Positions 8,575-18,227 of a stretch of DNA of 64,000 nucleotides are shown here, one piece after another. Under the pieces are notes generated by a model. That model did not search any database. It was given only the letters and a program-made list of their open reading frames with translations, and had not been told where the DNA came from. Each line of letters starts with the position of its first letter. Position 1 is the stretch's first letter. A program made the translations under genes and the position numbers. Source of the stretch: Gemmatimonadota bacterium (GTDB lineage Bacteria > Gemmatimonadota > Gemmatimonadetes > Gemmatimonadales > GWC2-71-9); NCBI GenBank assembly GCA_003220795.1, contig QHTK01000047.1:222-64221 (forward strand), in the 5' to 3' direction.

Positions 8575-10020
8575 TTATCCCGCGGCTTCCTTCGGCAGGG
8601 TCACGGTGAACGTGGTTCCCCGTCCCGGCCGGCTCTGGACCTCAATCGTGCCGCCGTGCGCTTCGGCGATCCACTTGCAGATGGCGAGGCCGAGCCCCGC
8701 TCCCGGACGCTCGCCGGTACGCGTGCGCGCCGAATCCGCCCGCCAGAAACGATCGAAGATGTGAGGCAAGTCGCCCGCCGCGATGCCGATGCCGGTATCG
8801 GCGACGGTCAGGGTGACGCGTCCGTCCGACTGCCCCAGCTGCATCCGGACGCTGCCGCCCGACGGCGTGTACTTCACCGCGTTGGTGACGAGGTTCAAGA
8901 TCAGCTGGCGGATCCGGCTCGCGTCTACGGGCACGATCACCGGCTCGGGTGGCGTCGCGAGCTCCATTTGCACTCCCGCCTGCTCGGCGAGCAGTTCGCC
9001 CGTCTCCCGCGCTTCTTCGACGATCTCCCGCAGGTCCACGGGCTCGCGGTGCAGCGGCGCGATGCCCTCGTCCGCCCGGGCGAGGGTGAGCAACGCGTCC
9101 ACGAGTTCCGTCATGCGTTTGATCTCCTGGAGCGTCTCTTCGAGCGTGGCGAGGGTGTCCTGGGGGAGCCCCGGGGTCGTGATGGCGCGTTCCACGCCGC
9201 CCCGCAACACGGTAAGCGGCGTCTTCAGCTCGTGGCTCGCGTCCGCCGTGAAGCGTCGCAGGGCCGCGAAGCTCCGTTCGAGTCGGGTCATCATCTGGTT
9301 GAGCGTCTCGGCGAGGCGCCCGAGCTCGTCCTTGACCATCGGCTCGGCGAGTCGGCGGTGCAGGCTGCGACCGTCGGTGATCTCCCGGACTTCACTGATG
9401 ATCCGGTCCACCGGCTCGAGCGCGCCGCGCGCGATCCAGGAGCCGACGAGGATGGCGGCGATCAGCCCGATCGGCACGATCAGGAGCAGTGTCGAGAGCA
9501 GCTGCGCGACCGCCAGCTCGGCGGTGCGCACGTCGGCGGCGACGAGCAGCGAGCCGAAGCGCGGCCCGGCGCCGCTCACGATGTGCGCCACATAGCGGAG
9601 CTCGGGTCCGTCGGGCTCGAGCCGCACCGTGCCGGCGGGACGCCCCGAGAGGGGCGGTGTCATCAGCTTGCGCAGCTGGACGACCTGCTGGTACGTGAGC
9701 GACGCGTTGGACGACGAATACAGGATCTCGCCGTCCTGGGCGGTGATCAGCAAGTAGTCGGGGACCGCCTCCAGTACGGCCTTGATGTCCGCCACGAGCG
9801 CCGGCTTGCGCGTCGAATCGTAGGTGACGAGCACGCCGCGCGCCCGGTAGCTCTCTCCCAGAATCGCGGCGGTCAGGTCCGCCTCGGAGCGGATACGCTG
9901 GTCCAGATCGTCGTACGAGGCCCGGCGGCGCGCCACGTACAGCACGATCGCGAACGCGGTGAGCGTGAGCACCAGCGCGGCCGAATACCACACCGTGAGA
10001 CGACCGCGGATCGTCTGCAT
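8575..10020 (-). CDS. sensor histidine kinase (two TMs, HAMP, HisKA, HATPase_c), heavy-metal-sensor-like
   Basis: It has an H-box (FTADASHELKTPLT), an N-box (LILNLVTNAVKYTP) and G-boxes (DTGIGI, GAGLGLAI). The N-terminal RLTVWYSAALVL is typical of the CusS/CopS class. It starts 1 nt after the response-regulator stop. Confidence 0.9.
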   Translation of the reverse strand: MQTIRGRLTVWYSAALVLTLTAFAIVLYVARRRASYDDLDQRIRSEADLTAAILGESYRARGVLVTYDSTRKPALVADIKAVLEAVPDYLLITAQDGEILYSSSNASLTYQQVVQLRKLMTPPLSGRPAGTVRLEPDGPELRYVAHIVSGAGPRFGSLLVAADVRTAELAVAQLLSTLLLIVPIGLIAAILVGSWIARGALEPVDRIISEVREITDGRSLHRRLAEPMVKDELGRLAETLNQMMTRLERSFAALRRFTADASHELKTPLTVLRGGVERAITTPGLPQDTLATLEETLQEIKRMTELVDALLTLARADEGIAPLHREPVDLREIVEEARETGELLAEQAGVQMELATPPEPVIVPVDASRIRQLILNLVTNAVKYTPSGGSVRMQLGQSDGRVTLTVADTGIGIAAGDLPHIFDRFWRADSARTRTGERPGAGLGLAICKWIAEAHGGTIEVQSRPGRGTTFTVTLPKEAAG

Positions 10021-10021
10021 C

Positions 10022-10690
10022 TCACGCCTTCACGACGTAGCCCACGCCACGCACGGTGTGAATCAGCTTCGGCTCCCCGGCGTGATCGATCTTCTTGCGC
10101 AGCCGGGTGATCACGACGTCCACGATGTTGGTCCCGGGGTCGAAGTGGTAGTCCCAGGCGTACTCCGTGATCAGGGTCCGCGGCATGACGCGGCCCGCAT
10201 GCCGCATGAGGTACTCGAGCACGGCGTATTCCTTGGGCGTCAAGTCGATCAGCTTGCCGCCGCGCCGCACCTCCCGGCTCCCCGTGTCGAGGCTCAGGTC
10301 CGCGACTCTGAGCACCGGCGGCGCGATGGCCTTGGGTCGCCGCCCCAACGCCTCGACCCGCGCGACCAGCTCCTCGAGCGAAAACGGCTTCGTGACGTAG
10401 TCGTCCGCGCCCATCCGGAGGGCCTGCACCTTGAAGTCGACCGCGTCCTGGGCGGTCAACACCAGCACCGGTACGCCGTTCCCCCGGTCGCGCAGGGTGC
10501 GCAGCACGTCGAGCCCCGACGTCGTCGGCAGCCGGAGGTCCAGCACCAGCAGATCGTAGTGCCCGCTGGCCGTGAGCCGCAGCGCGTCGCCGCCGTCCCC
10601 GACGAGCTCGACGTGCGAGCCCGCCTCGGCCAGCCCCCGCTTCACGTACTGCCCGACCGTCTTGTCGTCTTCGATGACGAGGATCTTCAT
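10022..10690 (-). CDS. OmpR/PhoB-family response regulator (CusR/CopR-like)
   Basis: It has a receiver domain (MKILVIEDD...LLVLDLRLP...DDYVTKPF) and a winged helix with DPGTNIVDVVITRLRKKID...IHTVRGVGYV. Confidence 0.95.
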   Translation of the reverse strand: MKILVIEDDKTVGQYVKRGLAEAGSHVELVGDGGDALRLTASGHYDLLVLDLRLPTTSGLDVLRTLRDRGNGVPVLVLTAQDAVDFKVQALRMGADDYVTKPFSLEELVARVEALGRRPKAIAPPVLRVADLSLDTGSREVRRGGKLIDLTPKEYAVLEYLMRHAGRVMPRTLITEYAWDYHFDPGTNIVDVVITRLRKKIDHAGEPKLIHTVRGVGYVVKA

Positions 10691-12243
10691 TCGACCGGGA
10701 GGTACACCTTGAAATTTGAGCCCACGCCGACCTGCGATTCGACCTCGATCCGTCCCCGGTGCTCCGCGATGATGCCGTAGCAGATCGACAGGCCCAGACC
10801 GGTGCCGCGTCCCTGAGGTTTGGTAGTGAAGAAGGGCTCGAAGATCTTCGGCAGGTCCTCCTGTTTGATGCCGATGCCGGTGTCGACGAACTCGAGCAGC
10901 ACCTCGTCCCGGCGCTCCGGGTTGATGCGGCTCCGCACGGTAAGCGTGCCCCGCGAATCCATCGCGTCCATGGCGTTCAGCATCAGCGCCATGAAGCTTT
11001 GAATGAGCTTCTCCTGATCCGCGAGCACCGCCGGCAGCCCCGGCGCGAGCTCCCGCGCCACGGTCAGCCGCTTGAAGCGCGTGTGATGCTTGAGCAGGAA
11101 CAGCGTCTGCTCCACGACCGCGTTCACGTCGACCTGCCGCTTGTCCCCCGACCGCGGCCGCGAGAAGTCGAGCAGGCTGTCGACGATGCGGCGGCAGCGC
11201 TGCACCTCCGCATCGACGATCTTGAGGTACTCCTGGTGCGCCTGGCGCTCCGCCGGCGCGAGCTCCTCACTGCGCAACGCCAGCGCTTCGCAGCAAGCGA
11301 GAATCGTGGCGAGCGGGTTGTTAATCTCGTGCATGACGCCGGCCGCGAGCTGCCCCACGGCCGCCAGCTTCTCGGTCTCGGACAGGCGCTGTTGGGCCTG
11401 GCGCCACTCGGTGATGTCTTCGCCGATGGTGATCACGTGGGAGATGTGCTGACCATCCTGCCGCATCGGGATCTTGGTGATGCGGTAGTGACGCGTCTCG
11501 CCGCTCGCCGCCGACTCCATCTCCACCTGCTGGATCTCGCCGGTGTCGAACACGCGGTCGAATTCGCGCTTCAGCAGATCGCGCGGCTGCCGGTCGAGCA
11601 CCTCAAAGACCTCGCGCCCCACGGCATCCTCGCGCGAGACGCCTTGCGTGCCGGTCTCGCGCTTGCGGTTCCAGGCGCGGATGCGATAGCCGCGGTCGAT
11701 CACGTACAACCCGACGGGGAGCGAGTCGATGATCTGAGCCGCGAAGCTCCGCTGCGCCTCCATTTCGTGCGTGCGGAGCGCCACCTCGGACGCGAGGTCC
11801 TGCGACAGCTCGGTCGCAGCGATCATCGGCGCAAGGATGCGCGCCACCACGACCACGACGTCGTGCGCTACGCCTTCATAGCGACCGGTGGGGATGACGA
11901 CTTCGAGCGCGCCGAGCGGCTCGTCCTCGTGGATGAGCGGCAGCCGCAGCACCGAGCCCCCGGCCGTGCCCTCGCGCTGCACGCCCTGGCGTACCCAATC
12001 GGCGACCGGTGGCGAGTACCCTGGCAACTCCGCCTCGTCGCCCGGTGTGGTGACGGGCGCGTACCGCGTGCCGTCGGGGGTGCGCAGCCATAAGCGGCAG
12101 CGACGCAGGTTCAGGCCCCGGCGCAATGCCCCGACGACGCCGCGCAGGGCGACCCCCGACGCCGACCCCGCCTGCAGGACCGACGCGACTTCGGCGATGA
12201 CCCGGATGCCCGGGTGCTCGGTGTCGAGCTGCGGCGCGACCAT
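10687..12243 (-). CDS. GAF-PAS sensor histidine kinase (cytoplasmic)
   Basis: It has no TM. The N-terminal region is GAF-like, followed by a PAS region (GLYVIDRGYRIRAWN), an H-box (AGVMHEINNPLA) and G-boxes (DTGIGI, GTGLGLSI). Its stop overlaps the regulator start (ATGA). Confidence 0.9.
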   Translation of the reverse strand: MVAPQLDTEHPGIRVIAEVASVLQAGSASGVALRGVVGALRRGLNLRRCRLWLRTPDGTRYAPVTTPGDEAELPGYSPPVADWVRQGVQREGTAGGSVLRLPLIHEDEPLGALEVVIPTGRYEGVAHDVVVVVARILAPMIAATELSQDLASEVALRTHEMEAQRSFAAQIIDSLPVGLYVIDRGYRIRAWNRKRETGTQGVSREDAVGREVFEVLDRQPRDLLKREFDRVFDTGEIQQVEMESAASGETRHYRITKIPMRQDGQHISHVITIGEDITEWRQAQQRLSETEKLAAVGQLAAGVMHEINNPLATILACCEALALRSEELAPAERQAHQEYLKIVDAEVQRCRRIVDSLLDFSRPRSGDKRQVDVNAVVEQTLFLLKHHTRFKRLTVARELAPGLPAVLADQEKLIQSFMALMLNAMDAMDSRGTLTVRSRINPERRDEVLLEFVDTGIGIKQEDLPKIFEPFFTTKPQGRGTGLGLSICYGIIAEHRGRIEVESQVGVGSNFKVYLPVE

Positions 12244-12254
12244 CGGCGGCTAAC

Positions 12255-12833
12255 CTAGGGATGCGACTCCCGGCGCGCCAGCGGCGCCTCGAAGCGGATG
12301 CCCAAAAACGCCCGCACCTCATTCACCTGGCCGAAGAAAAACGTCGGCCCGAGCAGCAACCCGACCTGCACGCCGTCGGGGTCGCCGAACTTCAGTCCCG
12401 GGAGCACGGTGAGCGCGCCCCACGGCGATCCCTGCGGCAGCGGCGTATGCGCCCCGAGATAGCCCGTGCCTTCGACGGTGAGGTCGGCGCCGACCTCGCT
12501 CTTGCTCGTCTCGGTCCCCAGCGTGGCGAGCGACAGCATCCCGGTGTGTCCGCCGAGCGTGAGCCCGAAGACAAAACCGCGTGCGCCGCCGAGAATCGCC
12601 CCCTCGTCGATGAAAGAACCGAGCCGGGCGCTGAGCGACGCAACGTGCAGCGGGCCCGCGTGCACCGCGCGCGCATAACCCACGTCGGCCCCTTCGATCT
12701 GCCACCCCCCGCCCACCGTCGCGGCGAGACCGGCGGTCCACGCGCCGCGCGACTGGCCGCCGAGCGGCGTGGACAAAGCCAACAGGGCCCCCGACATTGT
12801 GATCATGGACAGGCGCACGTTCGTCCTCCTCAC
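12255..12833 (-). CDS. hypothetical Gly-rich secreted / possible small beta-barrel protein
   Basis: It has clean coding-like composition and alternating hydrophobic strands, but I recognise no family. The start is ambiguous (12833, 12806 or later). Confidence 0.45.
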   Translation of the reverse strand: MRRTNVRLSMITMSGALLALSTPLGGQSRGAWTAGLAATVGGGWQIEGADVGYARAVHAGPLHVASLSARLGSFIDEGAILGGARGFVFGLTLGGHTGMLSLATLGTETSKSEVGADLTVEGTGYLGAHTPLPQGSPWGALTVLPGLKFGDPDGVQVGLLLGPTFFFGQVNEVRAFLGIRFEAPLARRESHP

Positions 12834-15549
12834 CGGTTCGGTTTCAGGCGGACTGATCCGCCCGCCGCGGCGCCGGATCGCCCGATTGGCAGGCGTCGGG
12901 CGCTTGAAGTTCGACCTCGACGAGCAACGGCGCTGGTCGCTGTGGTACTATGGCGACGGACCACCCGTTCCCTTGATCCAGGCCGCAGTCGTCGCTGCGC
13001 GGGTGGGCGACCAGTGGATCACGCTCGCCGACCTGGAAGATAGCACGGTCGGAAGCCGGCGACCGCCGGGCGGCGAGTCCGTCGTGGTGCGGGGGCGCGC
13101 GGCCGGCGTGTTCCTCGAAGCCGAGTTCCTCTCCGCCAGCGAGGCGGAAGGCGGGGCGTCCCAGGCGTCGGTCTCGGTCACCATCTACCCCGACCGCTAC
13201 CTCCCCACGGTGCACGGCATCCGGTTCTTCCAGGCGCCGGAAGCCGCCGTGCTCGCCGGCGGCGCACCGCTCGTCGCGCTCGTCAACGGCTATCACTCCT
13301 GGACCGCCTGCCGGGTCGTCCCGGCGTTGCCCACGACCGAAGATGCGTTGGTGAGCCACGGCGCGCTCGGCTTGACGCGCGGCACCCGCGCGTTAGCGCT
13401 CGCCTTCGATGCCGGCGAGCCGGGCGAAGCGACCGTGCAGCTCTCGCGGGAAGGATTGGAGGCCGGGAGCGCATGGCTCCCCACCCGACCGCTCCGTCCC
13501 GAAGGCGATACGTCCCGCATGCGGATCTGCTATCAGCCGTCCGGTGACGGTCTCGACGCGCTGACGGCGCTGTTCGTGCCGTCCTCGCCGGTGGACCGCG
13601 AGCGGCTCGCGTCCGAAACGGCCCCCGCCGGATGGTGCAGCTGGTACGAGCTGTTCGGCAAGGTGAGCGAGCCGGACGTGGTCGCCAACCTCGAGTTCTG
13701 CGCTGCGAACTTCGACCGTCGGTTCTTCCGCTATATCCAGCTCGACGACGGCTATCAGAAAGCGACCGGAGACTGGGACACGAACGCGAAGTTCCCTCAC
13801 GGGCACCGTTGGCTCACGGACCAGATTCACGCCAAGGGATTCAAAGCGGGGCTGTGGGTCGCTCCGTTCGTGGTGACCGAGCGCTCCGGCGTCCCGGGCG
13901 CGCATCCCGACTGGCTGCTGCGACGCGCCGACGCCCCGATCGTGTGGGACACGCGGGACGACTGGGGCGGCAAGGTGTATTCGTTGGACGGCGCCCACCC
14001 CCAGGTGCAGCAGTGGCTGTTCGATCTGGCGCGCCGCGCCGTTCAGACGTGGGGGTACGATTACCTGAAGATCGATTTCCTGTTGTGGGCCACCGCCGGG
14101 GACACTCACTATGGCGGGTTGACGCACGCCGAGGCCTATCGCAAGGGCCTCGGCGCGATCCGCGACGGCATGGGCACCGAGGCGTTTCTGCTGGGGTGCG
14201 GCGCCCCGCTGCAGCACGCCGTCGGCTACGTAAACGGCATGCGCATCGGCACGGATGTCGACGCGAGTTGGGGCGGCATCCAGGCACCGGCCCGCGCCGC
14301 AGCGCTGCGCGGCTTCTATCACCGGGCCGTCTGGTTGAACGATCCCGATTGTCTCGTGGTGCGGCCACCCCTATCCGGGGCCGAAGCGCAGGTGTGGACC
14401 GCGATCGTGGCCCTTTCCGGGGGCGTGACCGTCCTCTCGGACAACCTCCCGAAGCTTCCGCCCGACCGGCTGTCGCTGCTGCAACGCGCGATCCCGGCGG
14501 CCCCGGTCGCGGGTCGCGCGCGGGGCACCGCCGCAGTTCAGCGCGAGGTGGCGCCCGCGATCGTCGCGGGGGACGACGTGTACCCCATCGCCGGGCCGTG
14601 GCGGCTCCGCACGGGGGATGATCCCCGCTACGCGACTCGTGAGTTCGACGAGGACACGTGGGAAACCGTCGCGGTGCCGAAGCCGTGGGAAGACGCCGGC
14701 CACCCGGACTACGACGGCTACGCATGGTACCGGACGCGCTTCTCCCTCCCGCCCCTCCCCGCCGGGCGGACGGCCTACCTGGAGCTGGGTAAGGTCGACG
14801 ACGTCGACGAGACGTTCCTGAACGGGGTGAAGCTCGGGCAGACCGGCTCTTTCCCACCGAATTACCGCAGCGAGTGGCAGGCATACCGTCACTATCGCGT
14901 CCCGGTCGACGCGCTCAACTGGGGCGGCGAGAACGTGCTCGCGGTCCGTGTCTACGACGGGGCCGGACCCGGAGGGATCTGGAGCATGCGCCGCGATGCA
15001 CCGCCCGCCCATTGGGTCGTCGCGGGAGCGCCGCGCTGGTGGACCGTCGCACTCATCAATTGGGAAGATGAGCCGCGCCAGCTCACCGTGCCGCTCGGCA
15101 CGCTCGGGATCGGCGGCGCGAAGTTCGACGCCTACGACGTGTGGCGCGATGCGCCCCTCACCCTCCCGAAGGACGTGCTCGCGGCGGCGCTCGAGCCGCA
15201 CAGCACGCTCACGGTGGCCGTGCGCGCCGCAGCCGCGCATCCGCAGGTGATCGGCACGACACGGCACATCGTGCAGGGCGCGGTGGACATCGCGGACGAG
15301 ACATGGGACGCCGGGGCGCGCACGCTCAGGGCCCGGTCGGTGAACCTGGACAGCCGGGCGTACGCGGTGACCGTGTCGGTCCCGAAGGGGATCAGGCCGG
15401 GCTCGTGCAAGGCCGACGTTCCATGTACCGTGAAGAGTCTCCAGAGCGGGCATGCGGTCCTGGAATGGGCAGCCGGTGGAGACGGGCGTGACATTCGTTG
15501 GGAACTGAGTTTCAGGTCCGTCACAGGACCGAGGAGAGTCAAAGACTAG
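12805..15549 (+). CDS. Tat-exported alpha-galactosidase-like glycoside hydrolase (clan GH-D, GH27/36-like) with C-terminal GH2-type sugar-binding jelly-roll
   Basis: It has a twin-arginine motif (MDRRTFVLL) and a catalytic core with IQLDDGYQ, KGFKAGLWVAPF, YDYLKIDFL, LLGCGAPL and WLNDPDCLVV. The C-terminal DGYAWYRTRFSLP...ETFLNGVKLG...NVLAVRVYD is a galactose-binding-like domain. The ORF-track start at 12769 is also possible. Confidence 0.85.
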   Translation: MDRRTFVLLTGSVSGGLIRPPRRRIARLAGVGRLKFDLDEQRRWSLWYYGDGPPVPLIQAAVVAARVGDQWITLADLEDSTVGSRRPPGGESVVVRGRAAGVFLEAEFLSASEAEGGASQASVSVTIYPDRYLPTVHGIRFFQAPEAAVLAGGAPLVALVNGYHSWTACRVVPALPTTEDALVSHGALGLTRGTRALALAFDAGEPGEATVQLSREGLEAGSAWLPTRPLRPEGDTSRMRICYQPSGDGLDALTALFVPSSPVDRERLASETAPAGWCSWYELFGKVSEPDVVANLEFCAANFDRRFFRYIQLDDGYQKATGDWDTNAKFPHGHRWLTDQIHAKGFKAGLWVAPFVVTERSGVPGAHPDWLLRRADAPIVWDTRDDWGGKVYSLDGAHPQVQQWLFDLARRAVQTWGYDYLKIDFLLWATAGDTHYGGLTHAEAYRKGLGAIRDGMGTEAFLLGCGAPLQHAVGYVNGMRIGTDVDASWGGIQAPARAAALRGFYHRAVWLNDPDCLVVRPPLSGAEAQVWTAIVALSGGVTVLSDNLPKLPPDRLSLLQRAIPAAPVAGRARGTAAVQREVAPAIVAGDDVYPIAGPWRLRTGDDPRYATREFDEDTWETVAVPKPWEDAGHPDYDGYAWYRTRFSLPPLPAGRTAYLELGKVDDVDETFLNGVKLGQTGSFPPNYRSEWQAYRHYRVPVDALNWGGENVLAVRVYDGAGPGGIWSMRRDAPPAHWVVAGAPRWWTVALINWEDEPRQLTVPLGTLGIGGAKFDAYDVWRDAPLTLPKDVLAAALEPHSTLTVAVRAAAAHPQVIGTTRHIVQGAVDIADETWDAGARTLRARSVNLDSRAYAVTVSVPKGIRPGSCKADVPCTVKSLQSGHAVLEWAAGGDGRDIRWELSFRSVTGPRRVKD

Positions 15550-15561
15550 ACGCGCGTCTAG
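15546..15561. repeat. 16-bp perfect palindrome CTAGACGCGCGTCTAG between convergent genes
   Basis: I read it directly from the sequence. It includes the TAG stop of the alpha-galactosidase. Its function is unknown (weak hairpin or dimeric protein site). Confidence 0.5.
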
Positions 15562-15577
15562 CCGTTGCCCCTCCTAT

Positions 15578-16396
15578 TCACTTCAGTCCCGTCAGCTCAA
15601 TCTCTCGAATGAAATACTTCTGCGCCACGAAGTACAAAACGACCAGCGGGACCACTGCGGTTACTGCGGCCGCCATCTGGTACGTCCAGTTCGCGTAGTA
15701 CAGCCCGTGAAGGCTCGCGAGCCCGACTTCGACCACGCTCATTTCGGCCGAGCGCGTCGCGACGAGCGGCCAGAGCAGGCTCTTCCATTGATCCATGAAC
15801 GCCAACACGGCGAGCGTGGCGAGCGCAGGCTTCGAGAGCGGCAGCACCACGCGCCAGAACACGGCCCATTCGCCGGCCCCGTCGAGCCGCGCGGCATCCT
15901 CCAGGTCGCGGGGGATGGTGAGGAAGAACTGCCGCAGCAGAAAGATCCCCCACACGGAGACGAGCTCGGTGGAGATCAGCCCCGCATACGTGTCCACCCA
16001 GCCGAGGGCATTGATGATCAAGAAACGCGGGACGAGGAGCACCACCACCGGCACCATGAGGACCGACAGATAGATCATGAAGACACGGTCGCGCCCCGGA
16101 AACCGCAGACGGGCGAAGGCGTACGCGGCCATGGCGCTCGTCGCGACCTGTCCCACGACGACGCCCCCGGCGAAGATGGCGGTGTTCAGAAAAAACCGCC
16201 CGAACGGCAGGGCCGTCAGGGCGATGGCGAAATTCTCCGGGTGAGGCCGTGCCGGCAGGAGTTGCGGCGGATAGCGCAGTACGTCGAACTCGTCCATCAG
16301 CGCCGTCGCGATCATATAAAGGAAAGGCGCGAGCGTGGCGGCCGCCACCAGCGCGACCAGCACGACCGAGATGATCCGGCGTGCCGCGCTACGCAT
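15578..16396 (-). CDS. carbohydrate ABC transporter permease (MalG-like)
   Basis: The 272-aa ORF has six TMs and the EAA loop DLEDAARLDGAGEWAVFWRVVLP. Confidence 0.9.
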   Translation of the reverse strand: MRSAARRIISVVLVALVAAATLAPFLYMIATALMDEFDVLRYPPQLLPARPHPENFAIALTALPFGRFFLNTAIFAGGVVVGQVATSAMAAYAFARLRFPGRDRVFMIYLSVLMVPVVVLLVPRFLIINALGWVDTYAGLISTELVSVWGIFLLRQFFLTIPRDLEDAARLDGAGEWAVFWRVVLPLSKPALATLAVLAFMDQWKSLLWPLVATRSAEMSVVEVGLASLHGLYYANWTYQMAAAVTAVVPLVVLYFVAQKYFIREIELTGLK

Positions 16397-18227
16397 AGTC
16401 TTGCCGCTTTCCCAGCAGCATGAACTGCGCTCGGGTCACGCCGAACAGCACCACGAACAGCAGCAGCGACAACGCGCTCGCGTAGCCGAACTGCAGGAAC
16501 TGCCACGCCGTCTGGTAGATGCGATACACCAGCACGTCCGTCGCGTGCAGCGGGCCGCCGTCGGTGAGCACATACATGTAGGTGAATACCTGGAACGAGC
16601 CGATGAGCCCCGTCACGAGCACGAACAGCGTCACAGGCCGGAGCAGCGGTAGGGTGATCCGGCGGAAGCGCTGCCACGCGCTGGCCCCGTCGACCCGGGC
16701 GGCGTCGAGATACGCCTGCGGGACGCCCTGCAGCCCAGCCAGGAACACGGTCATCTGGTAGCCGAGCTGTACCCACACCGACACGATCATCACGGCAACG
16801 AGCGCCGTGCGAGGGCTGCCCAGCCAATCCACCGGTCTCAGCCCCAGCGACGACCAGAGGTAGTTGATCAGGCCGAAGTCGGGGTGATACATCCACTCCC
16901 AGACGAGCGCGATGGCCACCACTGACGAGACGTAGGGCAGCAAGAACACCGTCCGCGCCAACCGTACGGCCCACGACTGCCGGTTCAACACCAGGGCCGC
17001 GCCCAGCGACAGGATCATCGACACGGGCACGGACAGCGCATACACCACCGTGTGGCGCAGCGAGACCCACACCAGCGGATCGTGAACCACCCCCTCGAAG
17101 TTTGCGAGCCCGACGAACGGCCGCGCCGGGTCGACGAGGGTCCAGCGATGCACCGACAGGTACAGGACGAAGAGGATCGGCGCGAAGGAGAAGACGCCGA
17201 GATGGAGCGCTGAGGGGGCGAGAAAGCCCCACGCCGCCACCGTCTCGCGCAGCTGCCGGGGGCGAGCCGCCGCGTGTTCGCCCCACGCGGCGAACGCGAC
17301 GGCGAGTGGCCCGAGCAGGGCCAACCCGACGGTCACCGCCAGCCAGCCTGCCATCCAGCCCTCCCCCTCTTCCGGCGCGGCGCGCAGCTCGGCCCACCGG
17401 CCTGGGGCGAGGCGCACTGCGACTGCTGCCCGCGGCGTCCCGGCAACGATTTGCCGCCAGGGAGCACTGGCCTCGCTGTCCCCCGGCATCAGCTCGGTGC
17501 CACGAGCAATCGGGGCGAGGGCGGAAAGCGACCAGCGCAGCTCGGGCACCCGCACCACGGCCTCCTGCATCAGCAAGCGGGCGTCCCCGAGCCAGCGGTC
17601 GGTCGCGTCCCGCGCGGCCGCTCGGATGTCGCCGTACGCCGCGAGCCCGAAGACCGTCGCCGCCCCCGCGAACCACGTGACGGCCCGCCGCGACCGCCCG
17701 GCCGCACCGCCCACAGCGGCCGCCGCAAGCGCGCCGGCCACCAGGCTGGGCAGCATCGCGAGCGTACTGCGCCACGAGAGCCACGCCGTGCGCGCCGGCC
17801 AGGCCGCCACCGCGCCGACCACGTCCCACCCGTCGCGGTCGAACAGCGGCGCCAAGGCGGCGCTGCCTGTCGACTGCGCCGCCGCGTGGCGGCGCAGCCG
17901 GTCGAACAGGGCGGGCGAGAGCGGTCGCGCCGTAGCGTGCACCAGCGGAGCAGTGCCGTGAAACACCTCGAGCGGCGCCGCGAACCCCGGAAGGCCGTCG
18001 AGCGCCCGCGCTTCGATGAGCAGCCGGGACAGGTCATAGTCGGCACTCCCCCGCGCCGGGCGCGCGACGAGCGCGAGGTAACCCGCCGTCGCCGCGGCGA
18101 CCCGTCGCGCGAGCCCGCGCTCGGCCCGGCCGCTCGCCCAGCGCACGGTGACGAGCACGAGCACGCTGCTCGCCACCACCGCGATGCCGGCGCCGCTGCG
18201 CCACCGTCCCCCCGCCGGCGCGCTCAC
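16389..18227 (-). CDS. carbohydrate ABC transporter permease (MalF-like) with ~320-aa N-terminal extension
   Basis: The C-terminal ~290 aa is a canonical permease with the EAA loop YLDAARVDGASAWQRFRRITLP. A GTG start at 18227 overlaps the binding-protein stop (GTGA). The N-terminal extension has several TMs and an unrecognised domain. Confidence 0.8.
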   Translation of the reverse strand: MSAPAGGRWRSGAGIAVVASSVLVLVTVRWASGRAERGLARRVAAATAGYLALVARPARGSADYDLSRLLIEARALDGLPGFAAPLEVFHGTAPLVHATARPLSPALFDRLRRHAAAQSTGSAALAPLFDRDGWDVVGAVAAWPARTAWLSWRSTLAMLPSLVAGALAAAAVGGAAGRSRRAVTWFAGAATVFGLAAYGDIRAAARDATDRWLGDARLLMQEAVVRVPELRWSLSALAPIARGTELMPGDSEASAPWRQIVAGTPRAAVAVRLAPGRWAELRAAPEEGEGWMAGWLAVTVGLALLGPLAVAFAAWGEHAAARPRQLRETVAAWGFLAPSALHLGVFSFAPILFVLYLSVHRWTLVDPARPFVGLANFEGVVHDPLVWVSLRHTVVYALSVPVSMILSLGAALVLNRQSWAVRLARTVFLLPYVSSVVAIALVWEWMYHPDFGLINYLWSSLGLRPVDWLGSPRTALVAVMIVSVWVQLGYQMTVFLAGLQGVPQAYLDAARVDGASAWQRFRRITLPLLRPVTLFVLVTGLIGSFQVFTYMYVLTDGGPLHATDVLVYRIYQTAWQFLQFGYASALSLLLFVVLFGVTRAQFMLLGKRQDYA

